64,000 bases of DNA. It comes from Haplodiscus bocki. Taxonomy: Eukaryota. The position numbers and the translations under genes were made by a program. The stretch covers positions 62,372,001 to 62,436,000 of the forward strand of contig OZ296655.1 of the NCBI GenBank assembly GCA_965655095.1. Reading direction: 5' to 3'. Every line of letters starts with the position of its first letter. Position 1 is the first letter of the stretch. Positions 52,340 to 64,000 of this stretch are shown here, piece after piece. The notes beneath the pieces are model-generated. The model ran no database searches and was not told the DNA's origin. It saw only the letters and a program-made list of their open reading frames with translations.

Positions 52340-53385
52340 TATGGTTTCAGTTTTATCGAAGGAGAACACTGAAACACTTATTAATCAGACAAAAGCAAGA
52401 CAGCCAGCAACGCTAAAGTTTTTGTAAAAAAACAATGAATACCTACTCACCATTTACATCAATAGAGACAATGTTAAGAAATTGGGTTTAGGCTGTAACT
52501 TGCTTAGAGCTGTACAACTCGGTTTTCATATTTACTACCTGTAAGAACAGAATTTTAGTTCACACACCGTGATAATGTGAAGATATTGAAACTTCCAAAA
52601 AACTAGATGAATTGATAAGGCAAAGAAAATCAAAAAATTTCAAATTAAATGTAGAAGAAGTAAAAGATAGGCTTGGAAATGAAAATTGGGGGCAAAAAGT
52701 TTGAGTTTTTAGGTTTTGAAGATTTTGATTTGAAAAAAAATTAGGAATTTTGAAAATCCAAAATTTAATGAGTTGGACTACAAGGTGTTGTGATTGAAGT
52801 TAAAGTGTACTGATATAAATTGTATCAGACAAAAATGTTTTGATGCTGAACAAAAAGCGTTTGCGTTTCCACCTCGTTCAAATGAAATGAGAGAAGTTTT
52901 TAGCAGAATAAACACCTTTTTACTTTAAGAAACCGGCGAAAGTGATGAAAAAATAGCTCATAGCAAATGATATTTTAAAGAAAATTTTTATGACTTCACT
53001 TGGTACGAAAAAGGACTCCCGAAAACGTTAAATTGATTGTGTTTTCCCCACAAATATAGGAATCACAAAAACAGAAAGTGATGAAGATCGTCTTACAAAA
53101 TGACAAACCTGTCATTATAGGAAGACTTGATAAAAATCTTTTGAGTTCTGATTCTACTGATGGAAGTTTGTAGGTGGAACTTAGAAAACATTTTTCAAGT
53201 ATAATTTTACCTAAGATAAACCCTATGTTTATAAGATAAGTAAAAAACGAAGAATAAGAGTTCATGGAAAGGAATCAAATATGTTTGATATAGGTTCTTT
53301 TTTTGTCTTGAAGACGGTCATATTAAAATGGATGGTTTCAATGGCAAAACTTTAACTTTCGCAATCTTAATATAAATTGAAATAA
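52340..53385 (+). pseudogene. Minor capsid (penton-like) gene remnant 1
   Basis: C-terminal FFCLEDGHIKMDGFNGKTLTFAILI matches the Polinton minor-capsid C-terminal pattern (D..G..VDF.G..T.F.L). Confidence 0.5.
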
Positions 53386-53529
53386 AATTGTGTTTTAAAT
53401 TCAATAGTTTTTTCAATTTTAAAAACAAACAGACTGGAAAACGGAATCAATAATTCAAATTCCTTGAAAACAAAAGATACTGATCCGTTTTTGTGCAGAC
53501 TAAACCAAAACTACGAGAAAAGTGAGATT

Positions 53530-54490
53530 ATGAATGACGAAAACCAACAGTCTTTTTTGATACACGGTTGAAATAGGACACAACTTTTCAAAGCACGAAT
53601 AATGATGGAAATAAGGATTACCTGGCTTGAAGGTATTTTTTTACAATTTCCTAAATAATTAGCTCCGGAAAAAAACCATGTTCCCTTTCCCTAGTTACCA
53701 TGAACAGGAACCTGTACATCTAAACAGTTTCACATTTGTTTTGTACCAAACTACAGCAGCGAAACTTTCAAAACTCTCAAAAGTTTTAGCAAAATAATAT
53801 TAAAATGAAATAAAAATAGCCGATTATGCTTTTCATTCTTTCATAAAATTTAAGGAAACTGGCAGTTTTTTTATTCGTGGCCTAAAAAAACTAATTACGG
53901 ATGTCACCATAATGACGAAGACTTTGACATGTTTTGAACATGGAAGTACTCTTTGATGAAACTGGATACAATTGGGGTTATAGTTATTAAGAACCAAAAG
54001 CAGAAGAATTGGACCATGAACCATTCTTATATGAAGTTGAAGACAATGAAAAAACATCAGATGAATAAGTAAAAACACGTAATCACTTGTTTTTTTGGTA
54101 TTGATACAATGAAGGCAGGAAAACATACAAGTAGTAATTTACGATAGGATGAAATTTCTTTTCTTAAACTCAATACCGGTAGTTATCCAACAGTTGGAAT
54201 AAAAATCTAATTTTGAAAACATTTGTGAAAAAGAATAAATTTAACTACAAAAGAAAAGAAATTCATTTCGAAAAGTGATGCTTTCGATAAACCAAATTTG
54301 AGTGGTTTCAGAGAACAACACTCTTTAGTTTTGCTTTAAACAATACTCCTGTTTTTAATTTGTTTTGTGAACCAGAAACAAAAATAAATTCTGCCTTGAA
54401 CTTTTCAACAATTTAATTAAATATTGATGAAAAACAGTCTATTTTTTGGTGTAACTTTGATTTTAACTTCAATGATAGAATAAACTTTTA
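53530..54490 (+). pseudogene. Minor capsid (penton-like) gene remnant 2
   Basis: IHFEK*C...LFSFALNNTPVFNLFCEP...IFGVTLILT is paralogous in pattern to the upstream copy. Confidence 0.5.
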
Positions 54491-54959
54491 AAAATAATTG
54501 AACTATTAAAGTTGAAAACACTTTGTTTTTGTGTTGGCAGACGTCAATAATCAGACGCAGTAAAAATTCATGCTGATATCTAAAACGCATCAAAAATTGA
54601 TAATTGGTTTTGTATTAAATGCCACAGATATAAGACGACGGCTCTCAACGACGATAATATTGAAGCTGAACGGTTAGGTCAGCCTAATAAAAATATGGGA
54701 TAAGCTTCTGTTGAAGCAATCATAAAACTAGTAATTGTTACAATTGCAATGATGAATCCTGGAAAGCGTGAGAAAATGGTGCAAAAAAAGGTAGTGCAGA
54801 GGTTTCTAGAAATCTTGAAGCACAAAAAAATCGTGAAATATTTCTATCGACGAAAAAGTACAACTACGATAAAACCGTCTGCGCCACTACAACTAAACAC
54901 TATTGTTGAGCAGAGATTAGAAAAGAAATTAAATGATGTGTGTAGTTTCAAGTTTTCTC

Positions 54960-55375
54960 TCTTTTTCTCACTAAAGTATTGATGACCTATTTCAGAGCAA
55001 TAAACCGTAAACAAAAAAGAAAAATAGTTAAAAAAGCGGTCTACATTTTTAAAATCTCTTGGTACTTCTTTGATTTTTGTTACAACTACTTGGGTTACAA
55101 AGGCTGTCACAAGACGTGTCTTGACCGTATTACCAGTTTCAAATGGATAAGCATGTAGATGGACAATTAATATCGAAGTTTTAAATGGATTAGATATGCA
55201 AATGTAGAGTAAACATGGAAAAAATCTGAGAAACCACAACAATTTATTATCGCTAATGAAAAAAGAATGGAAAACTTTACAAGAAAACACGATAGACAAA
55301 GAAGAAAATTTAACTTATTTGAATTATTTCAATTTGTAATACGTAAAAGGAAATCGGAAGGATTCTTTTTCTGAG
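54960..55375 (+). pseudogene. Maverick conserved hypothetical ORF with a hydrophobic hairpin
   Basis: FLKSLGTSLIFVTTTWVTKAVT...VLPVSNG...KTLQENTIDKEE; two hydrophobic segments followed by a charged helix. Confidence 0.4.
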
Positions 55376-55669
55376 TGAAGTTATAACTATGAACTTTTCA
55401 TAAAGGAATGAAAAAACTGAACTTCGCTGGGAGCAACGTTACTCTTAGAGCCACATCTAGACATTTCCCAGAACTGAACACAGAAGTGAACACTAGCGTT
55501 CTCCCGGAAGGTGAACGAGTTTGAGAGTTCTTTTTATCTAAATTTTGTCAAAAGAATAAAACGGTGGTAAATTTTTATTGAAGAGTCAAAAATAGGTGTA
55601 AAGAATGCAAGAAAAAGAAAATTATTTGTCTTTTTTAAAGTTTATAGAAGTATTATGGTTTCAGAGGAT

Positions 55670-56230
55670 AAGTTTGTAAAGGAAAGAAACAATAGTTTGA
55701 TGTCGGACCCCTTTATAACAAAAAAAACTAACGTAAAAAAATTTGAACAATTTGAAAATAAGGTTGCCAACAAACTTGGTTCCCTTCGAGGAGGAACTTT
55801 TCTTCTATTACCAAATCTCTCGAACAGTATCAAGGTCTTCATACTGCAATTCAAGATTCAAATAATGCTGAATATAAACCTGGTTTTGTTGTTCTTGATG
55901 ATATGTCAGAATCTAAACAAAAACCAATGGACTTATTTATCACAAGGGACATCATAAAGAGTTAGATGTATATCACTTTTAACAATCTTTTCTTGACTTA
56001 CCGAAGAGAACAGTTAGAAACAATAGTGATATAATAATTTAACTTGAACAAATTTCAATTGATGTAAAACTTTTTCACAGAAGCCTTGCAGGAAAAGTTA
56101 TGATAAACCTAAGGATCTTTTTAGTGAAGCATTGAAAAGTTAGGACTTTTTTATATTTGTTTAGATGGAGCTAAAAAGAAAAGTGAAGGTTATTTTTGTA
56201 TTTCTACCGAAAGGAAAGAAATATTTATAG
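55670..56230 (+). pseudogene. A32/FtsK-like DNA packaging ATPase remnant
   Basis: Degenerate Walker A (SLMSDPFITKKT), Walker B FVVLDDM, LFITRD(H) (F.RGRH), frameshifted QSFLDLPKRTVRNNSDII (QSYFxLPKxIRxN). Confidence 0.85.
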
Positions 56231-57369
56231 AGTGCAAAACAAAAACTTTTTTCAAAGTTTGCTAAGTAACATGATGAACTCACTTTAAATTTTTTTGCGA
56301 CAATCAATGGAAAAATCAGGTTTGGAACTAAAAATGAAACAAGTCCATTCACAGTGAAAGGTAGGTACACAGTGTTCCTATTGCTATGCTCAAGAACAAC
56401 CAGCACCCATTACAAAACCCGTTAACGAAACAAATGAGAAAAAAACTTGAAGAACCTAAAGCCATAACCGCAACAATTGGGGATGTTAATGGAAACTTTT
56501 TGAAACTATTATAACTATTGATGCAGCTAACACGCAAAGTTTTTTCAAAAGATTTTTAAAAACTATTCAAAAAAAGAAAGAACCAAGTATAAAATAGGAT
56601 TTAGGTTAAAAAAACTCGTGCTATTGATAGTAGTTAGTTTGTAATAAAACTAGACCTAAACATGCCGCCCAAAAACCAAGGAAATCAGTACTTAGTCAAT
56701 AGCAGTCCTGATAAAATTCGGTGGGATGTCATTTTTCTAAGATGATAAGGCTAAACACAATACATTTTGTGACTTGGAACATGACCTTCCGATAACGGTG
56801 TTTAACACAAAGTCCAAAATAGAGAAATGTAATGATTTTGGATACATACATGAGTTTCTCAACTAAATTAAATTCAATCCCAACAAGCCAGCTAAAACGA
56901 ATGACAGAAAAATCACTGCCGTGCATTGGTTTTTATTTTAGAGCTGGCTCATCTGTTAAACATGATGATGATGATGATTATAGTGATGTTGAAGGTGACG
57001 ATCGTAGGGACGATGTCAAATAATACAAATATACAAATTTAAAAAAAGTTATGAAAAGAAATCCGACACTTACACTCCCATAACGAACAGAAGCAATGTT
57101 ATCACTGTATTTGATGGTTTTTCGAACAGATCGATCGCTTTTAGGAAAACCGTTAACATCAACTTGTGGTTTAGTTACAACTTTTTGTGAAAATCCAAAT
57201 GAACTCCGACACCTATTACATTTATTATTCCAAAAAAGCAAGGTGGAAATGACACAAATTTTTTGATGATGAAACTGTAACTCTAATTGATCATTTAATA
57301 AAATACAAGTGTATCCCCTCAACTGAAGATAAAAAAATTTCCATCAATCCTTAAATATTGCACTTGTTT

Positions 57370-58610
57370 AAGACAGCACATAAAAACGTCATAGACTTTT
57401 TCTCAATTGTGCTTTTCTTCGTCGTACTCAACAAGCATTAAATCTTGCAAATAGAAAAAGTGCTCAAAGTTATATTGACACAGCTTGAGAAGAGTGTGTT
57501 TTTCTTTGGAGGATAGCTAAGTTACATTTGAACTGACAGTGTGAACTTACATACTATGATTTAAATGCGGAAAGGAATCAAAAGGATTAGTGAACTTAAG
57601 ACACAATCCTTAGTCCTAAACAGCAAATAGCAAATTTTGATAAAGCTCACATTGCATGTCTCATGTCTCGAACTTTAACGAGTGGCAAATTTTGTGATTA
57701 TTTTTCCATTGGTTATCATCGAGATAAAGAAGAAACACGTGTTCTTGAATTGACTAATAAAGACTTCTTGAAAAATTGAACAAGCTCGAAGTTTTATAGA
57801 AGTCGATTTGGTGTTGATGGGCACAGAGAAACAACGCTACATAAGGATTGGGACAAAAATTATCTTCCCAGGAAAACTGTGATAGTTTTATATGAAATCA
57901 TGAACCAGGGGATGATGCTGTAGTTGACAAGCCTAAGGCAAGGTGAACTGTTCCAGATGACTCCATTTGGTATGTACCTCATCAAGCTCAAATTTTTTTT
58001 CAGAAAAACTTAATATTGGAGCACTTTGTATCTGTAGCTGCAACAGGTTTATCAATTTTGAAAAGATGAGTGTTTTCAAGAGATGTGGTTACTGAAATAG
58101 CTCGGAATTTTGAGTTAAGATGAGTAAAAAAGAAACAGTTCCATTTCATATATGGTAAGATTTATGTAAAAAAGCCAATTAGATCCACATACACAAATAT
58201 CTGATACATATTATAGACTTTCTGTAAAGACTGCTCAATCTAAAAAAGGTGCAGAGAAAGGTCCAGATGCAGGCAACTTCTGAGATTATGCTATTGATAA
58301 AGATTCACAAGCATAGGAAAAAAATTTTTGTTCTAACTATTTGGCTGAATATATAAATTCTCAGTCACATTTCACACAAAAAGACATTTTAGCTTCTGAA
58401 ACTTTTTTAGATGGTAATCTTGATTGTAAATTATATGTTTTGTTGATGTTTTCGAGAAGTTTTTGATTCCTAAATGTATAAAAGTACAATTTGATTTCAC
58501 ATCAAATGTTCCGGCTACAAGGAGTTTAATTGGGTATTCCGTAGTATTCCTCTAGGAATTATTATCATCCAATAGAGGTTAAAAAAAGACAGTTCACCCA
58601 ATTGAGATTG
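57370..58610 (+). pseudogene. Major capsid protein (double jelly-roll) remnant
   Basis: Long plus-strand decayed frame after the ATPase with motifs LVNL, AHIACLM, FGVDGH, WYVPH, GAEKGPD, CKLYVL, consistent from memory with Maverick MCPs; position and size fit. Confidence 0.55.
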
Positions 58611-59269
58611 AATGTCTTTTTTGCATTTTTTTGTGAGTTTTGATTTCTTACGCAAAGCTTGAATGTATTTCTCAGGTAATTTACATAGATAATAACTTGG
58701 TATTGTATCATTGTTAAATTGTGTAATTGTTTACACCTCATAACTCCAAATTGTATTATCGCCCTCAGAAACTCCTGTTCTCAAATTTGCTTTTGACTTA
58801 TTCTTTGTATAATAATCTTTGAACTCATTTTCTTCTTTTTTCTTTTATAAATGCTTGGAGTATTGTTAAGTTGGCTGAAGAGTGTTTGGTAATTTTCTAG
58901 TTCTTTTTTTACTGACACCTTTTCATCTATCCATTTAGCATTGCCTTTTTCACATAAAATTTTTCGATGAGATTTACAGTGGCTCTCATAAAAATTTCTG
59001 CAGATACTGCCCGCTTTCGAGTTATAGCGACTATATCTTTTTTCTTTGTCGATTTCAAAAAAAAGCATCAAAACTTTGCCCACAATTTTTCCCCTCCTAA
59101 GTCTCATTTTAATGCTTTTTTCTTTTTGCTCTTATCGTAAAACTTTCCAGTGAACACTTAATTGCCTGTGCAATTTTATTATTCAAGGGAGCTGTCAATC
59201 GGAGTTTACTGAAGTTATCAATCACTACTAAAACTTTAAAAATTGCCCATTTTTCGGGCCATATTCAGT

Positions 59270-62200
59270 TAAGTCTAACGGAATAAACATTTGAATTGTC
59301 ATCACTGCAAAAAACATCAGTTTCGTTGGTAAAATAATTCTTTAGCGAGATTGGCTTGAAACTAGTTTATCAAAATTGTAACAATTCCGTGGGCTTTTCA
59401 CCTGTGTTTCGTGGAGCTCATTCATGTCTGTTCATTTCACAGTTTGCCTTCAATTGCAATACTTTTTTATTGTTTGGCATCAAAAATACGTAAAATTTTT
59501 CTTTTCTCTTGTAATGTCATTACATGTCTGCCATATCTCACAACGATGTTTTCTATTGTTTTTCTTCTGTGAGCCTGCTCAATGGACAAATATTCATTAA
59601 TCAGGTTTCACAGTTTAAAGTTTACCTTTGTAAGTCCCTCAAGTTTCTTTTCCTACTTTGTTTTTATTTTGTGTGGATCTCTTTTTGCTTTTAAGGCACT
59701 GAAATCATCTATTGTCAAACTTTCTGGTTTTTCTTCAATTTTACCAAGTACTTTCTCATTGTTTTCAGAAAAATCTTCAGTGTTTCTCTTTGATTTGCAA
59801 AAAACCTGAACACTGTAGTTTTTTGCATATCCTTCATATCATCACTTTTTAATTCCATCTTTGGGTTATAGCTATAATTAAACGAATTTTTGCCAAAAAA
59901 TTGTTTTTGTTAGTTGTTTTTTTTGTAACGGGGGTGTACTACCTCATAATTTTTTTCATAAATGTGTAATTAATTCGATAATTCTAAAATATCAAATCCT
60001 CCCTTAAACTGTTCGTCAAAACTTGCTTTCTCACTTTTTTTTGCAATTGAATACGAAAAAGGGTCATTACAGTTAATATCATTTTTTGTTCAAACCACAA
60101 AAGCTAGTTTTAGATTGCTCTGTGACACATTTTTCAGAAAGAATTTCAAGTTCAACTGTTTTTCTTGATCTCACATGCTTGATTGCTTTCAATACAATTT
60201 AGTTATAATGTTTTTTATCTGCACTCGCTCGTAATCTAATTTTTTTGTCTATATATTTCTCAATCCATGGTTTCTGTTCACGTCTTATAACTCTATTTAG
60301 CTTTTTGACTTCCATACCATGTGTCACAACAAATTTTGAATTCCTTTGATGACAAGGGTAGTCTTTTTTATATCGGACCAGTCAGACAGAAAATTGTTTA
60401 CTGGTTTGTAATTAAGAGACATATTGTCTTTCATTTTGTCTGTAAAAGATGACAAAACTGCGTTTCGAGAGTCTGGACAAAATGGTGAAAATTTTGATTT
60501 TTTTTCAAATTATCTAGAAGATTCGATTCTAATTCTGCAAAAAACCAAATTCAACGTCATCTGCTGTTGCAAATATAGTTTCTAAACCTGTGCTTCCATC
60601 AAAGTCAATTTCTGCATGTGGTGAAGTTTGTGTCATATGTAATCCGTAAAAATTGTTGATATCAGATTGCACATTTTACTTTCTTCTCTGCTTTTGAAAA
60701 AAATTGGTTCATGTACGTCTGATATTCTTCCTCGTAGTCCAATTTTACCTGAACCATGGATTTCGTAATTGTGGATGTTTTGTTTTCCTTGTTTATTTGC
60801 TTGTATGTTACATTCATAACTATACCCTGGTGATGAGACACAATAGTGAATATCTAAACAATACATTCAAAACAATTTTTTAAAATTTAAATATGGCATC
60901 TGCTAATGAAGTTGTATCTGATGCAAAAAAACCTTGTAAGACATCCCTCGGTCCTAAAATTATGCTCCTTGCACCAATTAGGTTTTAAAGTTGTATCATG
61001 TGATGTGGTACCTTCCCTGATAAGTTTGAAGATATATTCAAATTTGTTGTCTGTTTATGATTTTGATTAACCACTAACTTTTTGAAATATTCATTGGTAG
61101 AAGCTAGCTTATTTAGTAAAAGTTAGGCTTTTGACTCCTTCTATTTTTTCGAATGAAAAAAATTTCTGTAAGACTTTTTTTCACCAAGTGCTTCAACAAT
61201 TGTGGCAAGTTTCATGTTCGTGAAAATTAGAAAATCATAAATTCTTGAGCACCCATAACTATTGGATTTATATCCTTCATCGATTGCTGGAAAGACTCCG
61301 CAAGTTACAGAAGAATCATTCTCAGTTTGTTGATTCTTTGATAAAAATATGTGAAATCTAGTTAGTCATTTAATGCAAAGTTATTGGTACAAGTGACCAA
61401 TATGAAAGTTTTGCATTCATATTACAATGACTGTATGCTGGTCCACGATTTTTTCCTGTTAAATGACATTGACCTGTAACTTAATCACAAAGCCCTTCTC
61501 CTTTTTTGTTTATTTGGATACCACAAAACCAACAATTTTCAGCCTCTTTAACATCTTTTTCTTTTTCTTTGATCATGATTGTTTCGGAAGGCTTGTTTTC
61601 TTTCTTTTGAAAAATCTATGCATAAAACTTTTTAAAAAACTAATAAATGTATAAATTGTACTAGACAATTTTAAGCAAAGATCTCAAATTGATATGGTCT
61701 TTCTGTTTTGCTTGTCGTGTAGGAATAAACGCTAGCAGGGACTTGTTCATGGACAATTTTTATTCCTTTTGCGTTGAAAGTATTTTCATCTTTTTCCTTG
61801 TTTCAAAATCTCCAACCTCAAGGAACTCTAAAGCACTTTTACGATGATATTCGTTAAACCTAAAGCATTTTTTTGGAGAATTTTCAATACACTTCTTGCT
61901 GTAAACAAAATCTTGTGTGATTTTTTGGTAAACTACGAGCTATTTATGAAGTTAAACAATTTCTACATAAAACGGTACAACGACAAGTTCTTATTTGTAT
62001 TTGTAATTTCTCTTTTGAACAATGACAACTTTTTTATAGTATTAGGTTTTTTGCTCTCTTTTCATCTTCTGATGTTTTCCATCGTAATGCAAAGGTGACA
62101 AAAAACAGATGCTTGAGTTCGTTTCTCATCTAATTCGAACAGATTTTTTGTTCTTTAATTTTCCTAGTTTGTGGATAAGTTTTTCAACTTATCCAATTTT

Positions 62201-62834
62201 CCCTGTTCAGGCCAGTTGTCTTTAGTGTAGTAGAATACTTTTCGTTTTACACTGATCCGTTTTTGTAGCGTTCAAACTTGCTGTATAACAACAAGTTCTA
62301 CATGAAATACCGTTTTTCTTTGACTGCTTAAAACTGATAACTGTTTTAAAGGAAGTTCAACATTTTTACTACCACCTTTGGTGATATCTTTTTAAATATC
62401 AGTAAGCTCACTAGGTTTTCGGTCAATTCCCAACCTGATCCAATTAATTCCTGTTTCATAGCAGCTTCAGCATATTCGGGCTCTGTATATTTTTCACCCC
62501 AGTCTTCCAATGAAAATGTTTATTTTTTTTCCAAGTCTAAAAAAGCATCATCATCAAAAATTGTTTGTTTGTCAAAGGTAGCCTCATAAAATTCTTCATC
62601 AAAAACTGCGTGAAAAGATACTTGAATTCTGATTACAGTTTTTCCACATAATGTAAAATATTTTGTAAATTTTTCTAACTGGTTGAAATTACTTTCATCA
62701 TTGCTCTTCTCAATATAAAAAGTTTGTACTTCAACAGAGGTTTTTATAAAAATGGGTGATGTTGATGTTACAGTCGTTTGATTTTGTTTGTAACGAACTT
62801 TAACTGGATTTTTATATCTGGATGTTTTTTTCAA
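59270..62834 (-). pseudogene. Protein-primed family B DNA polymerase (pPolB) remnant
   Basis: CLDIHYCVSSPGYSYEC (LDPxHYxTSPGxSW), LRGRIS (IRGGIS), KPWIEKYI, LGKIEEK...IDDFSALKAK (LGKFKxE...IxEFxxLRSK), exonuclease-region YGCSRIYDF (GxLRFxDS). Confidence 0.85.
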
Positions 62835-63482
62835 AGGTCATACACTCAATGGAATAAAGAGGATTTGCCGTTGGTTTTCCAGTTCGTTACGATGAGAGTT
62901 TGATGAATCATCTGCAGTATTTGTACTTTCAATGTAAACTTTTCAAATATCAAACTAAAAACTTATTTTTTGGTGTTTGATTTATGTTTGTTTTGATGTT
63001 ATGCCTTGTTTCATTATTATTCTTTTCTATACCTCTTACAGTTGTCTCACAAATATCGCAGTTTAACTTCTGCCTGCTGATGGAAATTTCACATTTAATA
63101 ATTTCATCATGACTGGCGGGGTCTTAAACGGTTTTCCAGACTTTATATTTTACTTTCTCACCCGCATTGATTAATTAATCCTTATAAATTTTGTGTCCTA
63201 AATCTTTCTTTGTATGCTCTTGACAAACACTTCACAAATTTTCTTTTTAAAGGTTGATGGAGACTGGGTCATTTTTTGGGAGAAAAGTGTTTGAAACATT
63301 TTTTTCATACACCGAAGCAGAGTGTACATTTGATTTAATGTGTCTGTAAAAAGCAGTTCTATCAAATTGTCTTTTGAATAAGTCACAAACTTCAGTAATT
63401 GGTTTGGCTCCATTCAATTTGAAAAAATCAGTAACTTTTAGTTCAAATGTTGTTGTCATTTACTTTATACTATATTATTCAG

Positions 63483-64000
63483 AGATGTCGCAAAAAATTA
63501 CTGGCCAACTCACCTGTTCAACCCTGTCAAACTTCATGATCTAGCAATCCTGGTGAAGTTCGCCCGTCATAAAATACTTTTTTTTCGAACTGAATAATCT
63601 AGAGTTCCTCCAATAGCATGTGATAATGCCTAAGACTGGGAAACGATGGGTAGAAGTGAACCCCAAACACTCCGACCGAGGAATAACTTTTGCCGTTGAC
63701 ACTACCACTACACTATAGGAGGCGGAAATGGATGAAGGGTAAATGCATAAATTTGCGATTATATGTGATTTTTTATCTATCTAATGTTAGTAATGGCCAT
63801 ATTTACAAAACAATTCACGGTCTTTTTGATTATTAATGCTTTTTTCTCAATCACTTGAGGGCATTGTGGAAAAGCATAACAAACTCAATAAAGTTTTAAC
63901 GTTAACGTTTTCGTAATTTTACATGCATATGTATATAATGTGATTGGTTATATATTTAGACATTTTGGTAGATTTTTATGTGTTGGAAGGTAAATGTAAA
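63483..64000 (-). repeat. Right terminal inverted repeat (truncated by window end)
   Basis: Inverted homolog of 48111-48648. Confidence 0.85.

Larger units (their letters stand above)
47980..64000. mobile_element. Polinton/Maverick (adintovirus-like) element, decayed; right TIR runs off the window
   Basis: Long inverted termini enclose integrase-, minor-capsid-, ATPase-, major-capsid- and pPolB-like remnants. The exact left end is uncertain. Confidence 0.85.

Overview
AT-rich eukaryotic (metazoan-like) repeat graveyard. It has no intact cellular gene, rRNA, tRNA or CRISPR array, and almost every long coding region is broken by stops and frameshifts, so most short ORFs in the track are fragments or spurious. 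In order, I recognise: (1) a minus-strand Ty3/Gypsy element A (~1-8.9 kb) with a TARG1/OARD1-type macrodomain ORF downstream of integrase; (2) an LTR-like unit (11021-12767) carrying tandem structured repeats; (3) remnants of a spliced minus-strand gene, possibly a DNA transposon, interrupted by a G/C-run MITE; (4) a two-LTR plus-strand Gypsy element B (16506-27292) with gag-pol, a chuvirus-glycoprotein-like env and two DnaJ/J-domain accessory ORFs, one with an intact HPDKGG motif; (5) a CR1/L2-type LINE, a CRE-clade RLE retrotransposon and a second APE-type LINE; (6) a minus-strand Gypsy element C with a TARG1-like macrodomain between RNase H and integrase, with RH-macro-IN tandemly duplicated at a 2483-bp period; (7) a decayed, nearly complete Polinton/Maverick (~48-64 kb) with long TIRs, integrase, two minor-capsid-like genes, packaging ATPase, major capsid and protein-primed PolB. 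The best candidate for an undescribed system is the enveloped Gypsy element with paired J-domain genes. Next are the two differently placed ADP-ribose-hydrolase-like macrodomains in two other Gypsy lineages. All protein calls come from manual translation and motif recognition; no searches were run.
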